Source: an uncultured delta proteobacterium (GTDB taxonomy: Bacteria > Desulfobacterota > Binatia > DP-6). From it: a DNA stretch of 64,000 nt. A program made the translations under genes and the position numbers. Under the pieces are notes generated by a model. That model was not told the DNA's origin, made no database searches, and worked only from the letters and a program-made list of their open reading frames with translations. Location of the stretch: the NCBI GenBank assembly GCA_963851365.1, contig CAWKPA010000010.1:357966-421965 (forward strand), given 5' to 3'. This document shows, in pieces, positions 53,146 to 62,830 of this stretch (positions within the stretch are counted from its first letter, which is position 1; each line of letters starts with the position of its first letter).

Positions 53146-54074
53146 TCGGGGCGCTGCGCCACCCGCTCCTGCACTTCGTGTTGCTGGGGGGCGCCCTGTT
53201 CGCCGCGCGGACGTGGTGGGAACCGGTGCGCGCGCCGCGCGCCCGCCCGCGCCTGGTCGTCGCGGCCGAGGACGTCCGCCGCGCGCGCGAGGAGTGGGCC
53301 GGCGTCACCGGCCATGCCCCCGGCCCGCACGACGACGCGGCGCTGGTCGATCGGCTGGTCGACGAGCAGGTGTTGTTCCGGGAGGCGCTGGCGGCGGGCC
53401 TGGAACGGGGGGACGGGCTCGCCCGCACCCGCCTGGACGATCTGCGCCGGTTTCTCGGCGAATCCGGCGAAGGCGGCGGCGATCCCGCCCGCGGGCTCGC
53501 CGCGCAGGACGTGGTGATCCGCCGCCACCTCGTGTCGCTGATGCGCCTCGCGCTCTCCCGGCCCGACGCGACCGACGCTCCGGACGACGCCGCGCTCGCG
53601 CGCTTCCTCGCCGACCACGCGGCGGAGTTCGAACAGCCGCCGCGCTGGCGCCTCACGCACGTCTACTTGAGCCGCGATCGACACGGCCCCGCGCTCGAGC
53701 GCGACGCGCAGGCACTCCTCGACGAGCTGCGCCGGACCCGCGCGGAGCCCGCGCCCGCCGGCGACGCGGGCGAACCGTTCCTCCACGGGGCGCACCTGGA
53801 CGGCGTCACGCCCGGCGACCTCGACCGTCTGTTCGGGCCCGGCTTCGCCGGCGCGCTGCGGGATGCGCCCGCAGCCCGATGGGTCGGGCCGGTGCGATCG
53901 ACCTACGGGATGCACCTGGTGTGGGTGCACGAGCGCACGGCCCCAGGCCTACCGACCGTCGAGGCGGTGCGGGCCCAACTCACCCACCGCCTGCTCGACG
54001 GGCGTGGACGGGCGCGCGCCCGCGCCCGCCTCGATCGGCTCCGCACGCGCTACGAGGTGGTGGTGGAGCGCTGA
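53142..54074 (+). CDS. PpiC-type peptidyl-prolyl isomerase domain protein (SurA/PrsA-like)
   Basis: The start overlaps the upstream stop (ATGA). N-terminal TM segment. C-terminal parvulin-like VGPVRSTYGMHLVWVHER. Confidence 0.55.
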   Translation: MIGALRHPLLHFVLLGGALFAARTWWEPVRAPRARPRLVVAAEDVRRAREEWAGVTGHAPGPHDDAALVDRLVDEQVLFREALAAGLERGDGLARTRLDDLRRFLGESGEGGGDPARGLAAQDVVIRRHLVSLMRLALSRPDATDAPDDAALARFLADHAAEFEQPPRWRLTHVYLSRDRHGPALERDAQALLDELRRTRAEPAPAGDAGEPFLHGAHLDGVTPGDLDRLFGPGFAGALRDAPAARWVGPVRSTYGMHLVWVHERTAPGLPTVEAVRAQLTHRLLDGRGRARARARLDRLRTRYEVVVER

Positions 54075-54113
54075 CGGCGGGGCTCTTGTCTTCCCGCGAC
54101 CAAGTGCGCAGGG

Positions 54114-54971
54114 TTGGGCGCCATGAGCCAGAGCCAGTGGGTCGTCGACGTCGGCGACGCAGACTTCGAGACCGCCGTCCTGCAACGGTCGCACACCACG
54201 CCGGTGGTGGTCGACTTCTGGGCTCCGTGGTGCGGGCCGTGCCGCGCCCTCGGGCCGCTCCTCGAACGGCTCGCCGAGGAGCACCAGGGCGCATTCGTGC
54301 TGGCCAAGGTGAACGTCGACGAGGCCGCGGAGATCTCGCAGGCGTTCGGCATTCAGAGCATTCCGGCAGTCAAGGGATTCCGCGACGGCATGCTGGTGGC
54401 CGAGTTCGTCGGAGCCCAGCCCGAGTCGACGGTGCGCGCCCTGCTGGAGGCCGTGCTGCCCACGGCCGCCGACCGGCTCGTGGCGGAGGCCGCCGCGCTG
54501 CCGGTCGAGACGGCGGAGACGCGGCTCCGCGACGCCCTCGCGCTCGAACCGCGCCATGCGCGCGCGCTCGTGGCCCTGGCGCGGTTGCTGGCCGAACGGG
54601 GCGACCTCGAGGAGGCGCTGCGCCTCCTCGACCTGGTGGCGCCACCGTCGCCGCTCGTGAGCGAGGCGGAACGGCTGGCCGCCACGCTGCGCACGCGGAG
54701 CGACGGCGCGGGCGACGAGGCCGCGCTGCGCGCACGGATCGCGGCGGCGCCGGACGACCTCGACGCGCGCCTCGCGCTCGGACGCACGCTGGCGGCGCAC
54801 GGCCGGCACGAAGACGCGCTCGCGGCGCTGCTCGCCGTCGTGCAGCGCGATCCGCACTTCGCCGACGACGGGGCGCGCAAGGCCATGCTCGACCTGTTCG
54901 CGGTGCTCGGCGCGGACGACCCGCTCACCGAGCGGTACCGCGCCGAGCTGGCGAAGGCGCTGTTCCGCTGA
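54114..54971 (+). CDS. Thioredoxin domain + TPR co-chaperone (YbbN/CnoX-like)
   Basis: VVVDFWAPWCGPCRALGP thioredoxin CxxC motif, then TPR-like helical repeats. An alternative start is at 54123. Confidence 0.8.
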   Translation: MGAMSQSQWVVDVGDADFETAVLQRSHTTPVVVDFWAPWCGPCRALGPLLERLAEEHQGAFVLAKVNVDEAAEISQAFGIQSIPAVKGFRDGMLVAEFVGAQPESTVRALLEAVLPTAADRLVAEAAALPVETAETRLRDALALEPRHARALVALARLLAERGDLEEALRLLDLVAPPSPLVSEAERLAATLRTRSDGAGDEAALRARIAAAPDDLDARLALGRTLAAHGRHEDALAALLAVVQRDPHFADDGARKAMLDLFAVLGADDPLTERYRAELAKALFR

Positions 54972-55036
54972 CCAGCGCGGGCCCCGCCGGCCGCCGCCGG
55001 TGGCGACGACACCCCCGGGCGTGGTAGCCGCCGCGC

Positions 55037-56236
55037 ATGGACCTGACGTACTCCCCCGAGGAGCTGGCGTTCCAGCGCGAGGTGCGGGCCTGGCTGAAGG
55101 CGAACGTCCCGAAGCGCGCGCGCGCCGAGAACATCATCGAGGGCGCTCCCGACCCCGCGCGAATCGCACGCGCCAAGTCCTGGCAGCGCAAGGTCTACGA
55201 GGCCGGCTACCTCGCCCTGGGGTGGCCGCGCGAGTACGGCGGCCAAGGCGCCGACGTCATGCGGCAGACCATCGTCAACGAGGAGCTGGTCCGGGCGCGG
55301 GCGCCACAATTCATCGGCGCCATGGGCATGCAGATGGTCGGCCCGACGCTCATCGCGCACGGCACGGACGCGCAGAAGCAGACGTATCTGCCGGCGATCC
55401 TGCGGGCCGAGGAGATCTGGTGCCAGGGCTACTCGGAGCCCGGCTCCGGCTCGGACCTGGCGTCGCTGCGCACGCGCGCCGAGATCGACGGCGACGACTT
55501 CGTGGTGAACGGGCAGAAGATCTGGACGTCCGGCGCGCAGTACGCGGACCGCATGTTCTGCCTGGTGCGCACCGACCCCGACGCGCCCAAGCACCGGGGC
55601 ATCTCCTACCTCCTGATCGACATGAAGAGCCCGGGGGTGACCGTGCGCCCGCTCGTGCAGATGACGGGCGACCCCGGGTTCAACGAGGTGTTCTTCGAGG
55701 ACGTGCGGGTGCCGCGGGCCAACCTGGTCGGGCAGCTCCACGACGGCTGGACGGTCGCCAACGCGACCCTGCTCCACGAGCGCAACATGCTGGCCTCGAC
55801 CACCCGCACGCAGATGCTCCTCCAGAATCTGCTGCGCGTCGCGCGCACCCGGACGCGCAACGGCAAACCCGCGGCGGCCGATCCCCTGATTCGGCAGCGC
55901 CTGGCCGACCTCGCGATCCGCGTGGAGACCATGAAGCTCGAGGCGTTCCGCCAGCTCACCGACACGCTCCGCAAGCGGCCCCCCGGCATCAACGCCTCGG
56001 TCAACAAGCTCGTCACTTGCGAGCTGAACCATCAACTCGCGCGCGCCGCGCTCGAGATCCTCGGCGACTACGGCTGGCTCGGCAAGAAGGACCCGCGCGT
56101 CGCCGACGCCGGCACCTGGCCGAACGACTACATGTTCGCCCTCGGGCTCATCATCGGGGGCGGCACCGCGCAGGTGCAGAAGAACATCATCGCCGAGCGG
56201 GGGCTCGGCATGCCGCGCGAACCGAAACCGGGCTGA
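55037..56236 (+). CDS. Acyl-CoA dehydrogenase
   Basis: ACAD fold: GYSEPGSGSDLASLRTRA, QIWTSGAQYAD, C-terminal IGGGTAQVQKNIIAE. Confidence 0.85.
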   Translation: MDLTYSPEELAFQREVRAWLKANVPKRARAENIIEGAPDPARIARAKSWQRKVYEAGYLALGWPREYGGQGADVMRQTIVNEELVRARAPQFIGAMGMQMVGPTLIAHGTDAQKQTYLPAILRAEEIWCQGYSEPGSGSDLASLRTRAEIDGDDFVVNGQKIWTSGAQYADRMFCLVRTDPDAPKHRGISYLLIDMKSPGVTVRPLVQMTGDPGFNEVFFEDVRVPRANLVGQLHDGWTVANATLLHERNMLASTTRTQMLLQNLLRVARTRTRNGKPAAADPLIRQRLADLAIRVETMKLEAFRQLTDTLRKRPPGINASVNKLVTCELNHQLARAALEILGDYGWLGKKDPRVADAGTWPNDYMFALGLIIGGGTAQVQKNIIAERGLGMPREPKPG

Positions 56237-56238
56237 AC

Positions 56239-56997
56239 GTGCCGGCGCCGCCCACGGCACACCCGATCCTGCGCGAGGACGACGGCGCGCTGTCGCTCAC
56301 CTTCGAGGACGGGATGGTCCAGAGTCGGCTGTTTCCGGCGGACCCGACACGGCTGGCGCTCGAGTACACGCGGCTCATGATGGGGTTCCTGCTGTTTCAG
56401 CCCGCCCCGACCAGGATCGCGATGATCGGTCTCGGCGGCGGCGCGCTCGCCCGCTATTGTGCGATGAAGCTCCCGGGCGCGGACTTCACCGCCATCGACA
56501 TCTCGCGGGAGGTGGTCGCGTTGCGCGACGCCTTCGGCCTGCCCCCCGACGGGCCCCGGTTTCGCGTGCTGTGCGACGACGGAGCGGCCTTCGTCCGCCG
56601 CGACGGCGCTCCGCTGGACGTGCTGCTGGTGGACGGGTTCGACCGCTTCGGACAACCCGACCAGCTCTGCAGCGCGGCCTTCTACGACGCGTGCCGCGAC
56701 CGCCTCGCGCCCGACGGGGTGCTCGTCGTGAACCTGCACGTCGCCCATCCCCTCCACGACCCCTGCGTCGAGCGCCTCCGGGCGACGTTCGGCACGCGCA
56801 TCCCGGTGATCGGGGCCGACGGCAGCGCCAACCATGTGGCCTTCGCCGTCGCGGACGGGTCCGGCCCTCCGCCGTTCCGCGACCTGGTCGAGCGCTTGCG
56901 GGCCCTCGAGGCGAGGCACCCCGTCGGGCTCGGCCCGACGATGCGGAAGATCGTGCAACCGCAGCGATTTTCGACACGCCGGCGGTCTCCTAGATGA
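56239..56997 (+). CDS. Spermidine synthase-like class I SAM-dependent transferase fold protein
   Basis: GTG start 3 nt after the upstream stop. IAMIGLGGGALARY (GxGxG) and VLLVDGFD resemble polyamine aminopropyltransferases. Confidence 0.5.
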   Translation: MPAPPTAHPILREDDGALSLTFEDGMVQSRLFPADPTRLALEYTRLMMGFLLFQPAPTRIAMIGLGGGALARYCAMKLPGADFTAIDISREVVALRDAFGLPPDGPRFRVLCDDGAAFVRRDGAPLDVLLVDGFDRFGQPDQLCSAAFYDACRDRLAPDGVLVVNLHVAHPLHDPCVERLRATFGTRIPVIGADGSANHVAFAVADGSGPPPFRDLVERLRALEARHPVGLGPTMRKIVQPQRFSTRRRSPR

Positions 56998-57026
56998 GGG
57001 GCACCGCCGGAGTGGCGTGCCGCCCC

Positions 57027-57926
57027 TCAGGCCCTGGTGTGCGCCATGATGAAGCGAGCGGCGGCGGCCAGCGCATGGCGCGCCTCGGCGACCAGTGGGG
57101 CCATGAGCGGCCAGACGTGCCACATGTCCGGCTCCACCCAGAACGTGACAGCGACACCCGCCGCGCGCGCGCGCTCGACGAAGCGCTCGGAATCGCTGAA
57201 GAGCAGCTCGCTCGCCGACGCCTGGACCTGCACGGGCGGCAGGTCGTCATGGCGGCCGAACAGCGGCGAGACCCCTGGATCGTCCAGCTCGGCGGCTGCG
57301 GCGTACCATCGCGCCATCCGTTCGGGGACCGGATGGGGAATCAGCATCTCTCGGGACGCGTTGGTCCGCATGCTCGCTCCGCCGCCCGTCAGGTCCAGCC
57401 ACGGACTCAGGAGCACGGCGCACCCCGGCCGTGGCAGACCCGAGTCGCGCGCCCGGTGCAGGGTCGCGACCGCCAGTCCGCCGCCCGCCGAATCGCCGAT
57501 CAGTGCAATGTGCTCGGGCCCATGTCGCTCGAGCAAGGCGCGGTACGCGGCCAGGGCGTCCTCGACCGCCGCGGGGTACGGGTGCTCGGGGGCGAGCCGG
57601 TAGTCGATCGCCCAGACAGAGGCCTCCGCCATCTTGGCCAGCCGCGTTGCGAGAGCCCGGTAGGTGCGTGCCGAGCCGAACACGTAGCCGCCTCCGTGCA
57701 ACAACAGAATGGCCCGCGCGGTCTGCCGGCCGCCGCGGCCGTCTGCGCGGAGCGCCGGGACCCCGCCGAGCGAGGTGCGCTCCGTCGGGACGCCGAACGC
57801 CGGCGGCAACCCGCTCGTCCAGCGCACGCTCACCGCTCGCGCCTGCTCCGGGGTCGCGGCGGCGCGAAGCTGCCGGCCCATCATCCGGATCATCGGTCCC
57901 ATCAGCCGGGCGCCGACGCTGCTCAT
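57027..57926 (-). CDS. Alpha/beta-hydrolase esterase/lipase (HSL-like)
   Basis: LLLHGGGYVFGS oxyanion HGGG motif and IGDSAGGGLA nucleophile elbow. Confidence 0.8.
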   Translation of the reverse strand: MSSVGARLMGPMIRMMGRQLRAAATPEQARAVSVRWTSGLPPAFGVPTERTSLGGVPALRADGRGGRQTARAILLLHGGGYVFGSARTYRALATRLAKMAEASVWAIDYRLAPEHPYPAAVEDALAAYRALLERHGPEHIALIGDSAGGGLAVATLHRARDSGLPRPGCAVLLSPWLDLTGGGASMRTNASREMLIPHPVPERMARWYAAAAELDDPGVSPLFGRHDDLPPVQVQASASELLFSDSERFVERARAAGVAVTFWVEPDMWHVWPLMAPLVAEARHALAAAARFIMAHTRA

Positions 57927-59311
57927 GGTGCGGACGCGGGCCCCTCGACGTACCCGAGCTCGCGGAGCTGCTCGAGCAGCCGGCGATCCAAGGGCACGTC
58001 GACGTTCGGGCCGTCCTGCCGCGACGCGGTCCGGCGGAACTCGTCGAGCGACGCCGACAGGGCGGCCGTCCGTTCCGGCTCGCTCGCCGAGCGATCATCG
58101 CGCTCCGCGACGTCGGCGTCGAGGTCGAACAACGTGCGGGCGGCCCCGTCCTCGATCAGCTTCCAGGGGCCGTGCATGGCCGCCCACCAGCGCCGCTCCC
58201 GGCCGTCGAGCGTCGCGACGCGATGGCCAAAGAGGGTGCGCGCGGCGAGATGCGACGCGAGGTCCGCATCGTCTCCGCGGATCAGACTCGCAAGGCTCAC
58301 GCCGTCCCCGCCGGCCGGGACGGGTAGACCCGCCAGCGCCAGCAGGGTGGGCATCACGTCGACCAGCGAGACGTTCTCCGGGATCCGGCGCGGCGCGATG
58401 CCGGGACCGCGGACGGAGAACAGCACATGGGTCAGCTCCTGATTGAGCCCGCCGTCGTGGCGCTGGAACCCGTGCTCGCCGAAGGCCTCGCCGTGGTCCG
58501 AGACGATCGCCACGATCGTGCCGGCGCCCCACCCGGCGCGGGCGGCGAATCGCTGGAGCTCGGCGTCGACATAGGGGATCTGGCTGTCGTAGGCGGCGAT
58601 GAGATCGGCCTGCGGATCCGCTTGCGGCCGGTACCACGGCTTCCGCTTCTCGTAGGGCCCGTGCAGGTCGTTCAGATGCAGATAGAGGAAGAAGGGCTGC
58701 GGCGATGCGCGCATCTCCTCGATCCACGGCCGGAGCTGGCGGAACAGGTCGCCCGCCGACTCGTGATGAGCGTGCCGGAAGCGGTCGAAGCCGCGGTCGA
58801 AGCCCAGCGCGGCGCCGATGTTGATGTTCGTGGCGGCGCCGAACGTGCGATACCCGCCGGCACGAAACCGCTCCGCCAGTGTCTGGACGTCGAGGGGCAG
58901 CCGGTTGAGCGGAAGCGTGGCATGGCCCTCCTTGCTCAGCGTCTGCATCCGCTGCTGGTGCGCGAAGAAGCCCTCGGTCACCCCGTGGCGCAGGGGATAG
59001 AGCCCGGTGAAGACCGAGGCGGTCGATGGCGCCGTCCACGAGCTGGTCGAGTAGGCCCGGTCGAAGACGACCCCGGCACGCGCCTGGGAGGCCAGGAACG
59101 GCGCCCGCTCGACCTCGTGCCCGAGGAAGCCGAGGTGGTCGACACGCAGGGTGTCGAGCAGGATCAGCACCACGTCCCCGGGGGGACGCGGGGCCGGCCG
59201 GCCGCAACCGATCAGCGCGATGATGGCACCGGCGAGCAGCCCGGCCAGGCGACGGCAGTACCGCGACGATCGATCTCGCCGCCGATCAACGCAACGGGTC
59301 GGCACGGGCAC
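57923..59311 (-). CDS. Sulfatase / alkaline-phosphatase superfamily lipoprotein
   Basis: Lipobox LAGAIIALIGCG. LILLDTLRVDHLG, and SDHGEAFGEHG is a metal-binding motif of sulfatase-fold enzymes. No CxPxR is evident, so it may be a phosphoethanolamine-transferase/AP-like rather than a true sulfatase. Confidence 0.7.
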   Translation of the reverse strand: MPVPTRCVDRRRDRSSRYCRRLAGLLAGAIIALIGCGRPAPRPPGDVVLILLDTLRVDHLGFLGHEVERAPFLASQARAGVVFDRAYSTSSWTAPSTASVFTGLYPLRHGVTEGFFAHQQRMQTLSKEGHATLPLNRLPLDVQTLAERFRAGGYRTFGAATNINIGAALGFDRGFDRFRHAHHESAGDLFRQLRPWIEEMRASPQPFFLYLHLNDLHGPYEKRKPWYRPQADPQADLIAAYDSQIPYVDAELQRFAARAGWGAGTIVAIVSDHGEAFGEHGFQRHDGGLNQELTHVLFSVRGPGIAPRRIPENVSLVDVMPTLLALAGLPVPAGGDGVSLASLIRGDDADLASHLAARTLFGHRVATLDGRERRWWAAMHGPWKLIEDGAARTLFDLDADVAERDDRSASEPERTAALSASLDEFRRTASRQDGPNVDVPLDRRLLEQLRELGYVEGPASAP

Positions 59312-59358
59312 CGCACTCTAGCGACGCGGAGGTGTCGTGCAAGCGCTTCGACCGGCCG

Positions 59359-59938
59359 TCAGCTCTGCCCCGCGGACACGATGACGTGCCCGCCGAACAC
59401 GCACTGCTGTGGCGCGTTCAGCACGTTCACGCCGACGAACAGGAGGCCGGAGAACTGCGTCCCGTCGGGCGCGACCGCCGAGCCGTCCGTCTCGGCATCG
59501 AACGCCGGGTTGCCGGTCCCGGTGCTGACCGCCGCGAACTGCCGGTCCTCGGCCGGCGTCGCCGTCGTCAGGTTCGTGCTGGACTCGTCGCCATCGAACG
59601 CCGCGCCGTTCTGGGTCGTCGCGATCAGGATCTCCGCGACGTCGTCTCCCGCGTCGTCGATGCGGCACCGCGCGGTGAGCGACAAGGGGCCGGCCTCGAG
59701 CAACGTCTGCGTCTGCCCGTCGCCCAGACGCACGAGCCCGATCCGACGAATCGCGCCCAGCGTGCCTCCATCGGGGAAGTCGGTGAGGCTCACCTGCCGC
59801 TCCCGCTTGCGGCAGGCGTCGTCGCGCACGAACACCGCCTTCTTGCCCTTCCGGCACAGCACCGGAGCGGCCGCGACGTCGGATACCGTGCCGATTCCCG
59901 ACAGGGCCAGGGCCAACATGCCGATCATCAGGTTCTTC
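59359..59938 (-). CDS. Secreted hypothetical protein
   Basis: AGGAGG RBS 6 nt upstream of the GTG start. Signal peptide MIGMLALALSGIGTVSDVAAA. Cys-containing mature domain. Confidence 0.5.
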
Positions 59939-60098
59939 ACGTGACACCTCCTTCGGAGTGCGAGGGCCGGGGGGAGCGGCGCAGGCCCGCGGCGCGGCGG
60001 CTCCGCACGGCGGTGCATCGCTCAGGCGGCCCTCCGGTGAACCAGTGTCGACCGTACCCGCCGTGTCCGCAGCGGTCAACGGGGTGCGACGGCGCGCG

Positions 60099-61934
60099 TC
60101 AGCTCGTGCTGCCCGCCGCCGACAAGCGCCGGTCGAGGTCGAAGGCGGCGCTGATCAGGGCGAGGTGCGTGAATGCTTGCGGAAAATTGCCGAGGTGCTG
60201 GGCCTGCGGGCCGAGTTCCTCGCCGTAGAGGCCCACGTGGTTCGCGTAGCCCAGCATCTTCTCGAACAAGAAACGCGCCTGCTGGAGGTCGCCCCGCCGC
60301 GACAGGCACTCGACGTACCAGAACGAGCACATGGAGAACGTGCCCTCCTGGCCGGTGAGCCCGTCGGAGAACCCGTCGGCCAGGTGGTAGCGGTACACCA
60401 GAGAATCGCTCACGAGCTCGCGCTCGATGGCAGCGAGCGTGGCAAGCCAGCGTGGGTCGGTGGGAGAGACGAAGCGTACCAAGGGCATGAGCAGGGATGC
60501 GGCGTCCAGCGTCGTGGCGCCGACGTGCTGCACGAAGGCCTGTCGCCCCCGATCCCAGAAGCGCGTGAAGACGTCGTGATAGATCGTGTCCCGCACCTCG
60601 TACCAGCGCGCCAGCGGCGCGGGGAACGAGCGCTTGAGGGCGAGACGGATGGCGCGGTCCAACGCCACCCAGCACATGACCCGCGAGAACAGGAACTCTT
60701 GCCGGCCGCCCCGGACCTCCCAGATGCTCTCGTCGGGCTGCCGCCAGTTGGCGCACACCCACTCCATGAGCCGCACGATGTTCACCCACGCATCGTGCGG
60801 GATGGGCGAGCCGTACTTGTCGAAGAGATACACGGAGTCCATCAGCTCGCCGTAGATGTCGAGCTGGAGGTGGGTGTACGCGGCGTTCCCGACCCGCACG
60901 GGGCGCGAGCCGAGATAGCCCTCCAGGTGCGGGAGGATCTCCTCGGGCAGGGCATGGCGACCGTCGAGACCGTACATGATCTGGAGCGATCCGTCGGGCG
61001 CGAGCTCGTCGCAGCGGGCCATCAGCCAGCGCATGAACCGCTGGGCTTCGCCCGTGTAGCCGAGTCGCATCAGCCCGTAGAGCGTGAAGGACGAATCGCG
61101 CAGCCAGGTGTAGCGGTAGTCCCAGTTGCGCTCGCCGCCCAAGGTCTCGGGCAACCCGAAGGTCGGCGCCGCGACGATGGAGCCGTGCTCGCTCGACGTC
61201 AGCAGCTTCAGCGTCAACGCCGAGCGGTTCACCATCTCGCGCCAGCGGCCGCGATACGTGCTGCGATCGATCCAGCGACGCCAGAAGTTGACCGTGTCCT
61301 TGAACGCCCGGCTCTCGTAGTCCTGCTGTTCGCCTGGCGACGGCTGCCCCGCGTGCACCACGTCCAGCACGAACCACGCCGACTCGTTCGCATGCAGCGT
61401 GAACTCGGCGACGGCGTCTGCGCCGTCGAGCCGCAGCGGCACCGAAGCGCGCAGCCGCAGCGCGAGCTCCCCGCCGCCCGACCGGCCGACGAAGAGGGCC
61501 TCCGCGTCGCCGCGACGCTCCACCGTGTGCGTCGCGCGCGCGTAGTCGAAGCGCGGCGCGCACCGCATGCGAAAGTGGACCTCCCCGCGGACGCACTTCG
61601 CGCGCCGGACCAGGTTGTGCGCCACCCCCGCATCCTCGACCGGCATGAAGTCGGACACCTCCCCGACGCCGGCATCGTCGAGGAAGCGGGTCAGCAGCAC
61701 GGCGGTATCGGGCAGGTAGAGCTGCCTGCGCACGGCGCCGTCGAGCACCGGGGCGAGCTGAAACCGGCCGCCGCGTTCGGCATCGAGCAGGGCCGCGAAG
61801 ACGGACGGGGAATCGAACGACGGCAGGCAGAGAAAATCGATCGAGGCGTCCATGCCCACCAGGGCGACCGTGTAGAGGTCGCCGATGACCCCGTACTCCC
61901 CGATGGGCGCGTAGCGGCCGGTCATGCCGGGCAT
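60099..61934 (-). CDS. Glycoside hydrolase family 15 (glucoamylase/trehalase-like) enzyme
   Basis: [36 protein letters not shown]-terminus, and an (alpha/alpha)6 catalytic region ([18 protein letters not shown]). Confidence 0.8.
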   Translation of the reverse strand: MPGMTGRYAPIGEYGVIGDLYTVALVGMDASIDFLCLPSFDSPSVFAALLDAERGGRFQLAPVLDGAVRRQLYLPDTAVLLTRFLDDAGVGEVSDFMPVEDAGVAHNLVRRAKCVRGEVHFRMRCAPRFDYARATHTVERRGDAEALFVGRSGGGELALRLRASVPLRLDGADAVAEFTLHANESAWFVLDVVHAGQPSPGEQQDYESRAFKDTVNFWRRWIDRSTYRGRWREMVNRSALTLKLLTSSEHGSIVAAPTFGLPETLGGERNWDYRYTWLRDSSFTLYGLMRLGYTGEAQRFMRWLMARCDELAPDGSLQIMYGLDGRHALPEEILPHLEGYLGSRPVRVGNAAYTHLQLDIYGELMDSVYLFDKYGSPIPHDAWVNIVRLMEWVCANWRQPDESIWEVRGGRQEFLFSRVMCWVALDRAIRLALKRSFPAPLARWYEVRDTIYHDVFTRFWDRGRQAFVQHVGATTLDAASLLMPLVRFVSPTDPRWLATLAAIERELVSDSLVYRYHLADGFSDGLTGQEGTFSMCSFWYVECLSRRGDLQQARFLFEKMLGYANHVGLYGEELGPQAQHLGNFPQAFTHLALISAAFDLDRRLSAAGSTS

Positions 61935-62006
61935 CGTAGCACGGCCGCGCGCCGGCGCGGCAGCGGGGCCGGAATGTCGGTCTGCGGGCCGCGGGGCCGC
62001 GGCCGG

Positions 62007-62700
62007 TCAGGGGCTCGGGACCCGGGGACAGGTGACCGGCGGTGGCGTATGCCGTGCGCCGTTGAACCGCGCGGTCGTATCGTTCGACGGCGCCGGGTCC
62101 TTGGCGGGCGCAACGGCGCAGAATACCACCCCGCGCCCGAGCTGGAGCTGCCTGGCGTCCGACCCGGTTCGCCGCCAGCCCGCCGCCGGCAGCGCCAGCG
62201 CCACCGGAGCGCCAGCGCCACCGCCGTACACGCGCAGGATGGCGCCGCTCGCGGTCGGATCGCCCGCGCTGCCGAAGGGCGGCACCACCACCCCGCTCGG
62301 GACGCCCTGGTGCTTCGACGACTTGAACGACAGCCTGCGCCGGTCGCCGCCGACCGGAGGCGTGTCGTCGTCGCGCACGCGCAGCGTGCCGGCACGAATG
62401 GGCGTCGGCGGCACGGGGACGCTGGCGGCGTCCGCCGGGTCGCTCCCCGCGTCGAGCTCGTCGCGATCGAAGTGACCGTCCTCGTCGCGATCGATGCCCA
62501 TGCGCCGGCCCGACCCGTAGGGCGCGCAGGTGTACGTCAGCTCCTGGCCCGGCGGGACCGCCAGTGCCCGCAGTTCGCCGTCGGCCAGCGGGGCATCGCC
62601 GGCGCGGTCGAGCTGGAACGTGCCGTCCCCCGTCAGCCAGGCGCCGCGCGCCTCGCCCGCGATTATGCCCGGGACGGCGAAAAACCGTGCCGAACGGTCA
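62007..62700 (-). CDS. Hypothetical protein with EF-hand-like Ca-binding loop (start not identified)
   Basis: Coding-like, non-Arg-rich translation containing DRDEDGHFDRDE (a DxDxDGxxDxxE loop). No ATG/GTG/TTG is near the 5' end; CTG at about 62703. Confidence 0.3.
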
Positions 62701-62830
62701 TGCAGAGCTCCATCCCGGCCGGCGATCTCGGGCCGCGACGCATTTCTCGTTGACTCCCACCGGGCCGCCCGCCTACGCTCGGGACAACCGAGCCCGACGG
62801 AGAACGTCGGCTCGCCTGGAAGGAGCCGCC

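Noticed and set aside
44633-54074. 1766-aa (44633..49933, minus) and 1403-aa (49863..54074, plus) ORFs
   Set aside because: Off-frame shadows of the giant DUF11 gene and of the DUF3604-2/PpiC region. Extremely Arg/Pro-rich. They contain real protein segments only where they coincide with the true frame.
61935-62006. GGCCGCGG-gg-CCGCGGCC palindrome after the EF-hand ORF as a terminator
   Set aside because: The loop is only 2 nt and the sequence is a low-complexity GC repeat; not convincing as a structured element.
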